Of a DNA stretch of 15,919 nt, positions 1 through 8,830 are shown one piece after another (position 1 is the first letter of the stretch; each line of letters begins with the position of its first letter). The stretch is from contig JBHHUC010000053.1 of the NCBI GenBank assembly GCA_046861395.1, forward strand, positions 1-15,919. Reading direction: 5' to 3'. The notes below the pieces were generated by a model. That model was not told the origin of the DNA. It ran no database searches and saw nothing but the letters and a program-made list of their open reading frames with translations. Origin of the DNA: Fidelibacterota bacterium. Its GTDB lineage: Bacteria; Fidelibacterota; Marinisomatia; Marinisomatales; JABMOV01. Made by a program: the position numbers and the translations under genes.

Positions 1-193
1 AGATGGATAGAGCAAGTCCGGAATCAAAGGTTTTGCAGGATCGTCCCTGCCGGTGCAATGCCTGGAATAATTCGGCCAGATACAGCGTGGCTTTGATTTC
101 ATCATCTGATTTATCCCAGGTAAGCAGAAAATCCCGGCCGTAATTCCGTATATCCAGCCGGGTCAAGGTTTGAAAGAATTCCATGATATTCAT
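1..193 (-). CDS. ygeW: Knotted carbamoyltransferase YgeW, 5' part only (continues beyond the left edge)
   Basis: Not in the ORF track; translated by hand. The ATG at 193 overlaps the ygeY TGA (ATGA). It reads [64 protein letters not shown] with no stop. DFLLTW and F(D/N)SGL..S match the YgeW N-terminus, and the ygeY/ssnA context agrees. Confidence 0.88.
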   Translation of the reverse strand, partial: MNIMEFFQTLTRLDIRNYGRDFLLTWDKSDDEIKATLYLAELFQALHRQGRSCKTFDSGLALSI

Positions 194-1419
194 GATACCG
201 ATTCCAATGCTTGTTTTTTCTGTAGATATACCAGCGGAATGGCCGCATACATGGCAGTTGCTTCCACCAGTTCGTTTTTCCATGTTTTTTCATTAGGCGC
301 ATGACCTTCTTCTTCGTGCCCCGGCCCAAAACCGATACAGGGAATTCCATGCCGCCCCATGATGGCCACACCATTCGTGGAAAATGTCCATTTATCCACA
401 ACCGGTTCCCGGTTAAACAGGGAACGATATGATTCCACCAAAGATTGGGTTATAACATGATCTTCATCAATGACCCAGGTCGGGAAAAAAGCTTCCGTAG
501 GATACACCAGTCCCGTATAGGATGGCTTGGCATAATCATACATTTCCACCGTGGCGTTGGCAGCTTTAACTGACGGTAGACTGCGGATTTCTTCCAGGGC
601 CGACTCCGGTGTTTCTCCCCAGGTCAGGCGACGGTCAATGGAGATGGAGCAACCATCAGCCACAGCACAACGCGAGGGTGATGAATAAAAAATTTCCGAC
701 ACAGTCAACGTCCCCTTTCCCAGAAAATCATCATGCTTCAGGCGGTGGTTCAATTGTTCCAGTTCCATCAGGATTGGTGCCATTTTAAAGATGGCATTAT
801 CACCGCGCTCCGGGGCCGAACCGTGGCAACTGATCCCATGGGTGCTGACTTTGATTTCCATGCGTCCGCGATGTCCGCGATAAATACGGCAGGCAGTGGA
901 CTCCGTACTCACGACGAATTCCGGCTTCAGCTTTTCCTTATCCAGAATATATTGCCAGCAGAGTCCGTCGCAGTCCTCTTCCTGCACCGTCCCTGTCACA
1001 ACCAGAGTATAGTCATCCTCCAGTTCCAGATCCTTGATAATCTTGCCGGCGTAGACCATGGCCGCCATTCCCCCGGTCTGATCAGAGGAGCCACGGCCTA
1101 TGATGATTTCTTCATCTTCATACCCTTCGTAAGGATCGTAGTCCCAGTTTTCAATATTACCCACTCCCACGGTGTCAATGTGGGCATCCATGGCAATCAT
1201 GGTTTTACCGTGCCCGATGAACCCGTAAATATTCCCCATTTCATCAATTTCGATGCGGTCGAAGCCGACCTTTTCCATTTCTTCCCGGATCCGGAGAATA
1301 ACCTTTTCTTCGTGGCAACTTTCACTGGGGATGGCCAGTAAATCCCGTAAGAACCGTGATATTTCCGGTTTATAGGCTTCCGCCTTTTTGCGAATCAGGC
1401 TATAATTAATGTTCTTCAT
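190..1419 (-). CDS. ygeY: YgeY-family M20 metallohydrolase (selenium/purine-linked), 409 aa
   Basis: M20 metal-ligand motifs [28 protein letters not shown] and GHAPNE. YgeY-typical strings [19 protein letters not shown] and PCIGFGPG. Overlaps the ssnA stop by 14 nt. Confidence 0.93.
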   Translation of the reverse strand: MKNINYSLIRKKAEAYKPEISRFLRDLLAIPSESCHEEKVILRIREEMEKVGFDRIEIDEMGNIYGFIGHGKTMIAMDAHIDTVGVGNIENWDYDPYEGYEDEEIIIGRGSSDQTGGMAAMVYAGKIIKDLELEDDYTLVVTGTVQEEDCDGLCWQYILDKEKLKPEFVVSTESTACRIYRGHRGRMEIKVSTHGISCHGSAPERGDNAIFKMAPILMELEQLNHRLKHDDFLGKGTLTVSEIFYSSPSRCAVADGCSISIDRRLTWGETPESALEEIRSLPSVKAANATVEMYDYAKPSYTGLVYPTEAFFPTWVIDEDHVITQSLVESYRSLFNREPVVDKWTFSTNGVAIMGRHGIPCIGFGPGHEEEGHAPNEKTWKNELVEATAMYAAIPLVYLQKKQALESVS

Positions 1420-2749
1420 GATAGATTATTTCCATTTTTTTCCATAAGGTTTCAGATTGGAGTCGGGCGTTATTCAATATATCCGCCAAGGCAAGATTGA
1501 GAACGGTATTGTCTCTGATCCTGAATATCCCGGCCGTCATGACATCGCTGGGTTTTTCCAGGCCGTATAAAATATGACTCAGCATATTCTCCCGGGTGAC
1601 GACTGTTTTGGGTCGGTAATCATACAGGGCCAGGTCGGCCGAATATCCGGGGTCAAGTTTACCGATTTTCCGGTTGAATAATCGGGTGGCAATGGCCGGA
1701 TTGTGGTTAAACAATAATTCGGCATAATTCACCGCTGAGGCAGCACTGGACAGGTGACTGCTGCGAATGAGTGTCCCTTCCCTGGCTTCCGCCAGCATAT
1801 TGGCCTGCATTCCGTCCGTACCCAATCCGGCTGCTAAATCGTTAATAATCCCGGTGAGAGTCAATCCCACCCGATTATTGGCATTGGATGTGGGATTGTG
1901 TACCAGCATGGCTCCCGTGCGTTTGACAATATCCCCGTCTTCCGATGAAAAATGCGTTCCGTGAATGACCAGACTGTTTTCATTCAGCAGACCGAAGGAA
2001 TCCAGGCGCTGAATGACGGATACATAACCGCGACGCTCCGCATCGCTTTGATCGGCTTGATCTTCGGCCGTATGGACATGAATGCCCCAGGCTGAGGCCT
2101 GTCGTAACGATTCTGCGATGTGTCGCAATGATTCGTCGGATAAAGTAAAGGACGCATGCAATCCAATGAGGGGACGAACCGTGTGCGAATGAATATGATC
2201 ATGGTGAAAACGTAAATTTTCCTCCAGACTCTCCTGAAAAGAATCAACACCGTTACGATCCGTCATTTCAAAGGCACCGGAAATATTCAGACCGAATTGT
2301 TTTGCCGTTTCAGTAAGCAAATGGAGGGATCCGTTTATGTACCGGGGACTGGAATGATGATCAATCACCGTGGTTACACCGTGGCGCAGATGATCCAGCA
2401 ATCCTACCTCAAAAGAGGCTCTGGTGCTGTCTTCGTCCAATGCCCGATCCAAGATCCACCAGATTTCTTCCAGAATTTCCGTAAAATTCGTTGGATGACC
2501 CTTCGGGAAGGGCATTCCGGTGGCCAGGGTGGAATATAAATGGGCATGGGCATTAATCATCCCCGGAAGAACGGTCTTTCCGTTTAAATCAATTACTTCG
2601 TCAGCGGATCTGGTAGAATCAATTGGGCCGATGTCTGTTATGATGCCGTCTTCAATCAGAATCGAGCCGTTTTCGATAAAAACATTTTCCCCATAGGGAT
2701 TGAATATTCGACAGTTTGTGAGTAATGTTTTTATTTTCAAATTATTCAT
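1406..2749 (-). CDS. ssnA: SsnA-like amidohydrolase (Atz/Trz family), about 447 aa
   Basis: Motifs [15 protein letters not shown]-like [48 protein letters not shown] and GLGTDG. Start moved from 2863 to ATG 2749 ([16 protein letters not shown]) because the extra 38 codons overlap a repeat-like intergenic element. Confidence 0.85.
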   Translation of the reverse strand: MNNLKIKTLLTNCRIFNPYGENVFIENGSILIEDGIITDIGPIDSTRSADEVIDLNGKTVLPGMINAHAHLYSTLATGMPFPKGHPTNFTEILEEIWWILDRALDEDSTRASFEVGLLDHLRHGVTTVIDHHSSPRYINGSLHLLTETAKQFGLNISGAFEMTDRNGVDSFQESLEENLRFHHDHIHSHTVRPLIGLHASFTLSDESLRHIAESLRQASAWGIHVHTAEDQADQSDAERRGYVSVIQRLDSFGLLNENSLVIHGTHFSSEDGDIVKRTGAMLVHNPTSNANNRVGLTLTGIINDLAAGLGTDGMQANMLAEAREGTLIRSSHLSSAASAVNYAELLFNHNPAIATRLFNRKIGKLDPGYSADLALYDYRPKTVVTRENMLSHILYGLEKPSDVMTAGIFRIRDNTVLNLALADILNNARLQSETLWKKMEIIYHEEH

Positions 2750-2774
2750 GATGATCTCATAAAAGGTGGCTATC

Positions 2775-2890
2775 GTCATTGGAATGAAGAGTTGGATGGA
2801 CTCGAAAACCCCATACCGCGATTCGGGGTAATCGCCGAAAGACATCCGTACCAAGGAGATCACTTTGTCGCTCTGCTCCTCGTGTTGACA
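2775..2890. repeat. Degenerate palindromic intergenic repeat (REP/MITE-like)
   Basis: The minus strand begins TGTCAACACGAGGAGCAGAGCGACAAAGTGATCTC and ends CAATGAC. This resembles, from memory, the widespread TGTCATTGCGAGGAGC..GCGACGAAGCAATCTC palindromic repeat type. Internal stems are GCGATT/AATCGC (2818-2835) and GGATG/CATCC (2794-2847). Only one copy is in the window. Confidence 0.4.
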
Positions 2891-3036
2891 ATATTAATTT
2901 TGTGTTGTGACCCATACTGAAGAAATTCTTGAGACGATAAATATAAGCTGAAGTAATAAACACATTGAATCTATTCTTTTTATTTTACCTTGTTATTAAA
3001 CACCCGTTGTGAATAGCAATGTAAAGGCCAATTTTT

Positions 3037-5307
3037 CTATTCATCAGCTATCCTTGATTTTCTCAACCTAGTCAATACTCTTTCCGGTGTCAGAGGAATT
3101 TCGTTCATCTGCACTCCCAATGCCGAACTCACGGCGTTGGCGATGGCGGCAGCAGTGGGGATGATGCTTGGTTCTCCAATCCCTTTCGCTCCCCAGGGAC
3201 CGTCCGGTTCCATTTCTTCCACGATGATTGTTTCCACGTCGGCACTATCCATCGCCGTGGGCAACAGGTAGGTGGACAGATTGGGCGTTATCACAGTTCC
3301 CTGATCCAGAATCAGGTTCTCCGTCACAGCCCAGCCAATGCCCTGAGCCGTGCCGCCTTCCACCTGTCCGGCAATCCCGGCCGGATTGATGGCACGTCCC
3401 ACATCGTGGGCCGCAACAATTTTATCGACGATTATCTGTCCCGTCAATGTATCCACCCGCACTTTGGCAATATGCGTTGCAAATGAATAGGCATAATAGG
3501 CTTCACCCAGTCCTGTTTCCGGGTCATATTCCAATTCGGGTGTATGCCACCAGCCCGTGAATTCCATGGGCAAATTCATTTGCGTCAGATAATCACAGAG
3601 TTCGTGAAACATGATTTTCGTGCCGGACCGGGTATCGCGTATTTTATCATCTGCGAACGTGATACCGGAAATATCACACGTCATGAAGTCGGCTGCGGCC
3701 TTCTTCAGCACCGGCATCAGTTTCCGGGCTGCGTTCCGTATGGCGTTTCCCGTCATGACTACATTTCGGCTGGCCACGGCAGGACCACTGTCCGGGACCT
3801 GGGCAGAATTGGTGGGCAATACGGTAATTCTGTCCGGTGATACGCCCAGTGCTTCGGCGGTCATCTGGATAACCACGGTTTCGGCACCCTGTCCCATTTC
3901 GACCAAACCATAGGCCACCTGGATTTTGCCCGATGGCAGGATTTTTATATTCACCCCGGAACCATCCATGTGCCAGCCGGCCGCCCCCAGACAATTGCCG
4001 TAGTGAATAGCACTGATTCCAAGCCCGTGACGAAACCGTCCGTCTGTGTCCGGAGAAAAGGATTTCCACCCGGCCCGTTCTGCAGCCTGGTGAATGGTTT
4101 CTTCCGCCCCCACACTGGTATCCAGTCGTTGGGCCGTTTGGGTTTCCGAACCGGGGCGGACAACATTCTTTAATCGGAGTTCCACCGGGTCCAGCTTCAG
4201 TTCGGTGGCAATGATATCCATCATTCTTTCATGTCCGAAAGCAGCCTGAGGAGAACCGAAACCGCGGAAGGCACCGGTAGGCGGAAGATTGGTATAATAG
4301 GAATTAGAATCCACATGAATATGCGGAATCCGGTAGGGTCCCATGGCCTGGGCGGCCGAACGATAGGAAACAACCGATGACAAAGTGGCGTAGGCCCCGG
4401 CATTTTCTTCCAATAAAATTCTGGCTGCCACCAGCGTTCCATCCTGCTTCACTCCGACTTTATAATGCATTTGAAAAGGGTGACGTTTGCTGGTAAGCTG
4501 GATATCATCCCTGCGATTGTACACCACTTTCACCGGACGGCCGATTGTCATGGCTGCCACGGCTGCGCGGGCACATACTTCCGAAGGAATATCTTCCTTC
4601 CCGCCGAAGGCCCCGCCGGTAGGTGCCTGCTCCACCAGAATATGGTCGTAGGGCCAACCGAAGATTCTGGCAATTGCTTTTTGGATATAAAACGGACATT
4701 GTAGCGAACCAAGAATTTTAATCCTTCCCTCTCCCTGTGGCATTGCAATACAGGCCTGAGGTTCTAGATAATAATGTTCCTGATACGGCGTCCTGAAATG
4801 CGCTTCAATAATATGGTCGGCTTCTCTGAATCCTTGTTCGATATTTCCTTTTCTCACGCGGTGATGACAGGCCAAATTGGTCTCATGGATAAAATTATCC
4901 TGCGCCCGTCGACTGTCATCAATGGACAAAAAAGGTGTTTTTTCATGATACTCAATAACCACGGCCTGAGCCGCTTCGCGGGCGGCCTCCGGTGTCCGGG
5001 CAATGATTAGTCCGATACTGTCCCCCACATAACGAACGACTTTGTCTGCGAATAAGGGTTGATCGGGAATGATGACGCCAACCTGGTTTTCTCCGGAAAT
5101 ATCTTTCGCGGAAACAAATGCTATGAATCCGGGGATCCTTTTAGCCGGAGATAAATCAATGTGTCTTAATTCACCGTAGGGAATGGTGGAATACACCGGG
5201 GCGCCATGGACCATGTTCGGGACGGAAATATCGGTAATAAAACGAGTTTCACCGGTCGTTTTGGCTGCCGCGTCAGGGCGGGAAAGTGATTGTCCAATTT
5301 TGCTCAT
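3037..5307 (-). CDS. xdhA: Xanthine dehydrogenase family molybdopterin-binding (large) subunit, about 756 aa
   Basis: Motifs QEHYYLEPQ, GGAFGGKED, SKRHPF, TGAFRGFGSPQ, EMGQG, DSGPAVASR, GQVEGG and catalytic AKGIGEP. No N-terminal 2Fe-2S domain. ATG 5307 is preferred over GTG 5316 because it overlaps the upstream TGA. The gene symbol is approximate, since subunit naming varies between organisms. Confidence 0.92.
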   Translation of the reverse strand: MSKIGQSLSRPDAAAKTTGETRFITDISVPNMVHGAPVYSTIPYGELRHIDLSPAKRIPGFIAFVSAKDISGENQVGVIIPDQPLFADKVVRYVGDSIGLIIARTPEAAREAAQAVVIEYHEKTPFLSIDDSRRAQDNFIHETNLACHHRVRKGNIEQGFREADHIIEAHFRTPYQEHYYLEPQACIAMPQGEGRIKILGSLQCPFYIQKAIARIFGWPYDHILVEQAPTGGAFGGKEDIPSEVCARAAVAAMTIGRPVKVVYNRRDDIQLTSKRHPFQMHYKVGVKQDGTLVAARILLEENAGAYATLSSVVSYRSAAQAMGPYRIPHIHVDSNSYYTNLPPTGAFRGFGSPQAAFGHERMMDIIATELKLDPVELRLKNVVRPGSETQTAQRLDTSVGAEETIHQAAERAGWKSFSPDTDGRFRHGLGISAIHYGNCLGAAGWHMDGSGVNIKILPSGKIQVAYGLVEMGQGAETVVIQMTAEALGVSPDRITVLPTNSAQVPDSGPAVASRNVVMTGNAIRNAARKLMPVLKKAAADFMTCDISGITFADDKIRDTRSGTKIMFHELCDYLTQMNLPMEFTGWWHTPELEYDPETGLGEAYYAYSFATHIAKVRVDTLTGQIIVDKIVAAHDVGRAINPAGIAGQVEGGTAQGIGWAVTENLILDQGTVITPNLSTYLLPTAMDSADVETIIVEEMEPDGPWGAKGIGEPSIIPTAAAIANAVSSALGVQMNEIPLTPERVLTRLRKSRIADE

Positions 5308-5516
5308 GTTACCCACTTTATTCGATGGATTATATCAAGAAAATATTCCCGCGACCATAGCCATAAATCATTTTTATTAACAAATGCCTCCACGCCGTTA
5401 TTTGCTTTGTCGATATCCAGGTTATTGAATTTATCCGTGAGTAGTCGTAAACATTTATCTTTCGTTAGTTTTTCTCCGGAGGGTAAATGACCGCTATCTA
5501 TCATACGAAGTTCTAA
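5304..5516 (-). pseudogene. C-terminal fragment of an AbiEii/AbiGii-like nucleotidyltransferase toxin (type IV TA remnant)
   Basis: Reads LELRMIDSGHLPSGEKLTKDKCLRLLTDKFNNLDIDKANNGVEAFVNKNDLWLWSREYFLDIIHRIKWVT*. The pattern LE.RM..SGH / LT / LDI..A...V..FV / LWS.EYF..RI resembles the C-terminus of AbiEii-family proteins. An in-frame stop lies a few codons upstream, so the catalytic N-terminal part is absent. The segment is visibly AT-richer than the flanking genes. Confidence 0.6.
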
Positions 5517-5597
5517 AGTTAATCCTTTTAAGAATACTGATTGTTTTCATACGACCATCCCCTACCAGATGAATAATCTCTTTTCCCTTTTGTCCCA

Positions 5598-5626
5598 TAT
5601 ATAATGAAAATCCCACCGCCAATCAA
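5598..5626 (-). promoter_or_regulatory. Possible sigma70-type promoter between ade and the AbiE remnant/xdhA
   Basis: TTGATT (5626-5621), 17 nt, then TATATA (5603-5598). The -10 lacks the terminal T, so support is weak. Confidence 0.3.
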
Positions 5627-5642
5627 ACTTATGCATACCTGT

Positions 5643-7277
5643 TTACCCCGTAAACAGGGGAGTAAATTCAAACGAATTGCCGTCAAATAACCCCTGATCA
5701 CTTAACTTCAATTCAGGAATCACCAAAAGAGCCATAAATGAAAGGGTCATGAACGGAGCCTCCAGTGTTGATCCCATTTCTTTCGCCAATTGATCAAGTG
5801 CTGCATATTGCCTCGCCACGTCATACCCGTCCCCATCGGTCATGATGCCTGCTACGGGTAAGGGAATAACACTTTCATTGTCCCCCTGTGTTACACAAAT
5901 GCCGCCTTTGTGTTTTATAATAAGATTTACCGCATTGCAAAGGTCCTCATCATTGGTACCCACTGCCACAATATTGTGCGAATCATGAGCCACGGACGAT
6001 GCAATCGCCCCGGCCTTCAAACCAAAATTGCGGATAAACGCTACGGCCGGTTTTTCATTTTTATACCGGTTTACCACCGTGATTTTTAATATATCCCGGT
6101 CCAGGTCCGGGACCGCATATCCTCTTTCTATTTTCGGCTTGAGGGTTACTAATTTTGTAATAAGCTGTCCGTCCATAACATCGATAACCCGTAATTGACC
6201 GTCACCCGCCAGGATGGAAAAATCTCCGACTGTCTTTTCATGGGCGTTGAAAATATTGATTTTTTCCACCACCTGATTTGTGAGCAGCGGATGACCTTTT
6301 TCCGCGATCCTCACTCCATTCACAACAGTGGCCAGCACATTCATGTCCTCCAGGTTATCCAGAACGATGAAATCGGCCGGATCACCGGTCTTCAGCTGTC
6401 CCACATTCAGATCATAGTGGCGGACCGGATTCACACAAGCAGCACGCAGAATATTGAATATATCATGGCCGGCCTTTTTGGCCCGTAATACCATTTCTCG
6501 GATATGGCTTTCCACTAGATCATCGGGATGGCGATCATCGCTGCAGAACATGATACGATCGGGGAATTCATCAATTAAAGGCATTAACGCCGCAAGGTCT
6601 TTTGCAGCCGATCCTTCCCGAATCTGGATGGTCATTCCGTATTTGATTTTTTCCCGTGCCTCATCCAGGGATACACATTCATGATCCGTTGATATACCAG
6701 ACTTCACATATTTTTTCGCTTTATCTCCCCGTAATTGGGGTGCGTGGCCATCAATTCTTTTACCATACTTCCGCGCCAGGTTCAGTTTTTCCCGTTCTCC
6801 GGCGGTTCCCTGCAATACACCGGGGACATTCATCATTTCCGATAAATACAGGATTTCCTTTTTTTGCAATAATGATTCCAGCTCGGCAGATGTAAACCGG
6901 GCGCCGGCCGTTTCAAACGGTGTGGCCGGGACACAGGCCGGAGCCCCGAAGTAAAATTTGAAGGGTACGGTGGCAGCATTCGCGATCATGAATTCCACGC
7001 CCTTCAGTCCTAAAATATTGGCAATTTCATGAGGATCGGAAACCGTGGCCACGGTTCCATGAACAGCCGCAATTCGGGCGAATTCGGCTGGAACCAGCAT
7101 GGAGCTTTCAATATGGATATGTCCGTCGATAAATCCGGGCATGATATATTGCTCATCCACCTGATCACCTGGTGTGATGGAATGAATCCGGCCGTCCCGT
7201 ATTCTGATTACGCCGCTGTAGATGCGACGTCGCATGATATCGACTATTTTGCCGCTGTATGTGATCTGTTTTGCCAT
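5643..7277 (-). CDS. ade: Adenine deaminase, about 544 aa
   Basis: Motifs PGFIDGHIHIESSM, SDPHEIAN, LSEMMN, IDGHAP, STDHEC, IREGSAAK, FCSDDRHP, SSVAHDSHNI and PFMTLSFMALLVIPELKL. Start set at ATG 7277 (MAKQITYSGKIVD). An in-frame GTG at 7310 is an alternative. The ORF-track extension to 7439 runs through a terminator-like hairpin and promoter region. Confidence 0.95.
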   Translation of the reverse strand: MAKQITYSGKIVDIMRRRIYSGVIRIRDGRIHSITPGDQVDEQYIMPGFIDGHIHIESSMLVPAEFARIAAVHGTVATVSDPHEIANILGLKGVEFMIANAATVPFKFYFGAPACVPATPFETAGARFTSAELESLLQKKEILYLSEMMNVPGVLQGTAGEREKLNLARKYGKRIDGHAPQLRGDKAKKYVKSGISTDHECVSLDEAREKIKYGMTIQIREGSAAKDLAALMPLIDEFPDRIMFCSDDRHPDDLVESHIREMVLRAKKAGHDIFNILRAACVNPVRHYDLNVGQLKTGDPADFIVLDNLEDMNVLATVVNGVRIAEKGHPLLTNQVVEKINIFNAHEKTVGDFSILAGDGQLRVIDVMDGQLITKLVTLKPKIERGYAVPDLDRDILKITVVNRYKNEKPAVAFIRNFGLKAGAIASSVAHDSHNIVAVGTNDEDLCNAVNLIIKHKGGICVTQGDNESVIPLPVAGIMTDGDGYDVARQYAALDQLAKEMGSTLEAPFMTLSFMALLVIPELKLSDQGLFDGNSFEFTPLFTG

Positions 7278-7323
7278 GAATAATTTACCGGTAATTTTTG
7301 TCGTTTTCACCTCGATCCAAACC

Positions 7324-7359
7324 AAAAAACGGGTGGGACGTTGTCGCCCAACCCGTTTT
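7324..7359 (-). terminator. Intrinsic terminator-like hairpin in the ade 5' leader
   Basis: Minus strand AAAACGGGT-TGGGCGACAACGTCCC-ACCCGTTTTTT: a perfect 9-bp outer stem plus inner GGG/CCC pairs, followed by U6, ending about 47 nt before the ade ATG. Confidence 0.6.
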
Positions 7360-7370
7360 CCATTCCTGAA

Positions 7371-7420
7371 TGGATACAATAGTGGTATGAAATTATAATC
7401 CGAGGAGTGGAAATCCAAAA
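7371..7420. promoter_or_regulatory. Candidate bidirectional promoter centred on the palindrome ATTATAAT
   Basis: ATTATAAT at 7392-7399 gives TATAAT on both strands. The plus strand has TGGATA (7371-7376) at 17-nt spacing. The minus strand has only a weak TTTGGA/TTGGAT -35. It lies between the divergent ade and yqeC genes. Confidence 0.4.
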
Positions 7421-7520
7421 ATAACCGGGACAAAACCACACTTCTGATTCACGTTCCTGATTGACATGATAAAAGGAAACACGGCGTTTTTTGTTTAATT
7501 TAATTCACGGAAATCACTGC

Positions 7521-8258
7521 ATGTCTCGTTCACAATCATTTCTGAATCTGTTACCCTCATCGCCCGGTCTCTGCCTGGCCTTGCTGGGTGGTGGCGGTAA
7601 AACGTCCCTGCTGTTGCATCTGGGACGTGAATTCGCCCAGCAAAATACCCGGGTATTGCTCACATCCCTCACCCGGGCCGGTCATTGTGAAAATCCGTCC
7701 ATCATACTGACCAAATCGCAAGATGCTCTTTCGCTGACGTCTCTTTTTCGGATCCAGAATCCCGTTTATCTGTTACATTCAAGGATTCGGCCGGATAAAT
7801 ATCAGGGCCTATTACCGGATGAACTCGAAAGGCTGAAATCACAGGCGGATGTGACATTGTTTGAATGTGACGGTTCCCGCAACCGACCGCTAAAAGCACA
7901 TACCGCCGGGGATCCCCTGGTTCCCGCTTTCACTTCTCATGTGATTATTGTCATCGGGGCCGATGTTATTGACACGAACCTTCACGACGGAAATGTTCAC
8001 CGACCGGAGCAATTCCAAACACTGTGGGAAATCCCTGGTAATCCGGTGATGGATATTGCAATGGTTACCCGTACCGTGACTCATCCAAAGGGTTATCCGG
8101 CAAAAATCCCGGCAACGGTTGAAAAAATCTATTTCGTGAATAAAGCCGATCTTTATCCCGAAAAAGCCGAGTCCCTGGCCCGATCCATTGCCCGGGAAAC
8201 GTCCGCTGCGGTCTGCTGGGGCAGTGTAAATGACGGCTGGTGGCAAAGCGTATCATGA
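7521..8258 (+). CDS. yqeC: Selenium-dependent molybdenum hydroxylase accessory protein YqeC, about 245 aa
   Basis: P-loop-like LGGGGKTSLL, ECDGSRNRPLKA (YqeC EADGS..PLKA motif), VHRPE and FVNKAD. ATG 7521 is preferred over TTG 7491. Adjacent to mocA and yqeB. Confidence 0.88.
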   Translation: MSRSQSFLNLLPSSPGLCLALLGGGGKTSLLLHLGREFAQQNTRVLLTSLTRAGHCENPSIILTKSQDALSLTSLFRIQNPVYLLHSRIRPDKYQGLLPDELERLKSQADVTLFECDGSRNRPLKAHTAGDPLVPAFTSHVIIVIGADVIDTNLHDGNVHRPEQFQTLWEIPGNPVMDIAMVTRTVTHPKGYPAKIPATVEKIYFVNKADLYPEKAESLARSIARETSAAVCWGSVNDGWWQSVS

Positions 8259-8830
8259 ATATTTCACTCATCATTCCCGCTGCCGGATTGTCCACCCGCC
8301 GCCCGCCCAATAAACTTAAGGTTCGGCTGGGAGACAAAACGGTGATCGAACAGACTCTGGACATCTATCTCTCTTACGATATGGAAATAATCCTCGTCAC
8401 CGGTTACCAGTCCGAAGAAATAATGGATAGCATTCCTACCAGAATCCGACAGCATATCACCGTGGTAAGAAACACACGGTACAAGCAGGGTTTGGCGGAA
8501 TCCATCAAGACCGGTATCCGGAACGCTTCGGAAAATTGTGATTATTTCGGGTTCGGTCTGGGTGATAAACCATTTATTCGACAGGAAACGATCCGCCGTC
8601 TTGGCAAACTGCTGGAAACCAGAAAACCAGGAATTCTGGTTCCCACGTTTGCCGGAAATCCGGGACATCCCACCTTTTTTTCCGTAACCTATCGTGACGA
8701 ACTTCTGACCCTCACCGGTGATTTGGGGGGACGGGAATTATGGAAGAATCACCCGGCGGATGTAATCTGGTTCCCGGTTAAGGACCGGGGAATCATCATG
8801 GACATGGACACATATTTTGATGAAAAATAG
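8255..8830 (+). CDS. mocA: Molybdenum cofactor cytidylyltransferase (MocA/YgfJ-like NTP transferase), about 191 aa
   Basis: Motifs IIPAAGLSTR..NKL, GLAESIKTG, LGDKPF, GNPGHPTFF, GDLGGR and DMDT. ATG 8255 overlaps the yqeC TGA (ATGA). Confidence 0.87.
   Translation: MNISLIIPAAGLSTRRPPNKLKVRLGDKTVIEQTLDIYLSYDMEIILVTGYQSEEIMDSIPTRIRQHITVVRNTRYKQGLAESIKTGIRNASENCDYFGFGLGDKPFIRQETIRRLGKLLETRKPGILVPTFAGNPGHPTFFSVTYRDELLTLTGDLGGRELWKNHPADVIWFPVKDRGIIMDMDTYFDEK

Noticed and set aside
895..910. YgeY has TES where the family usually has TEP
   Set aside because: The metal-binding Glu and the other ligand motifs are intact. A single substitution is not evidence of altered function.
733..1341. 202-aa antisense ORF and the many other short overlapping ORFs in the track
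   Set aside because: They lie wholly within well-supported genes, in shadow frames, and have no recognisable motifs.
2750..2863. N-terminal extensions of ssnA (to 2863) and ade (to 7439) given by the ORF track
   Set aside because: The extensions show no family similarity and run through repeat, terminator or promoter sequence. The downstream ATGs give typical protein lengths.
7461..7466. Perfect TTGACA upstream of yqeC (another lies at 2885-2890)
   Set aside because: Neither has a plausible -10 hexamer at 16-18 nt spacing.
7278..7520. Canonical purine, xanthine (NMT1) or Moco riboswitch
   Set aside because: I could not find the conserved aptamer cores on either strand by eye. The region is retained only as an unclassified attenuator candidate.
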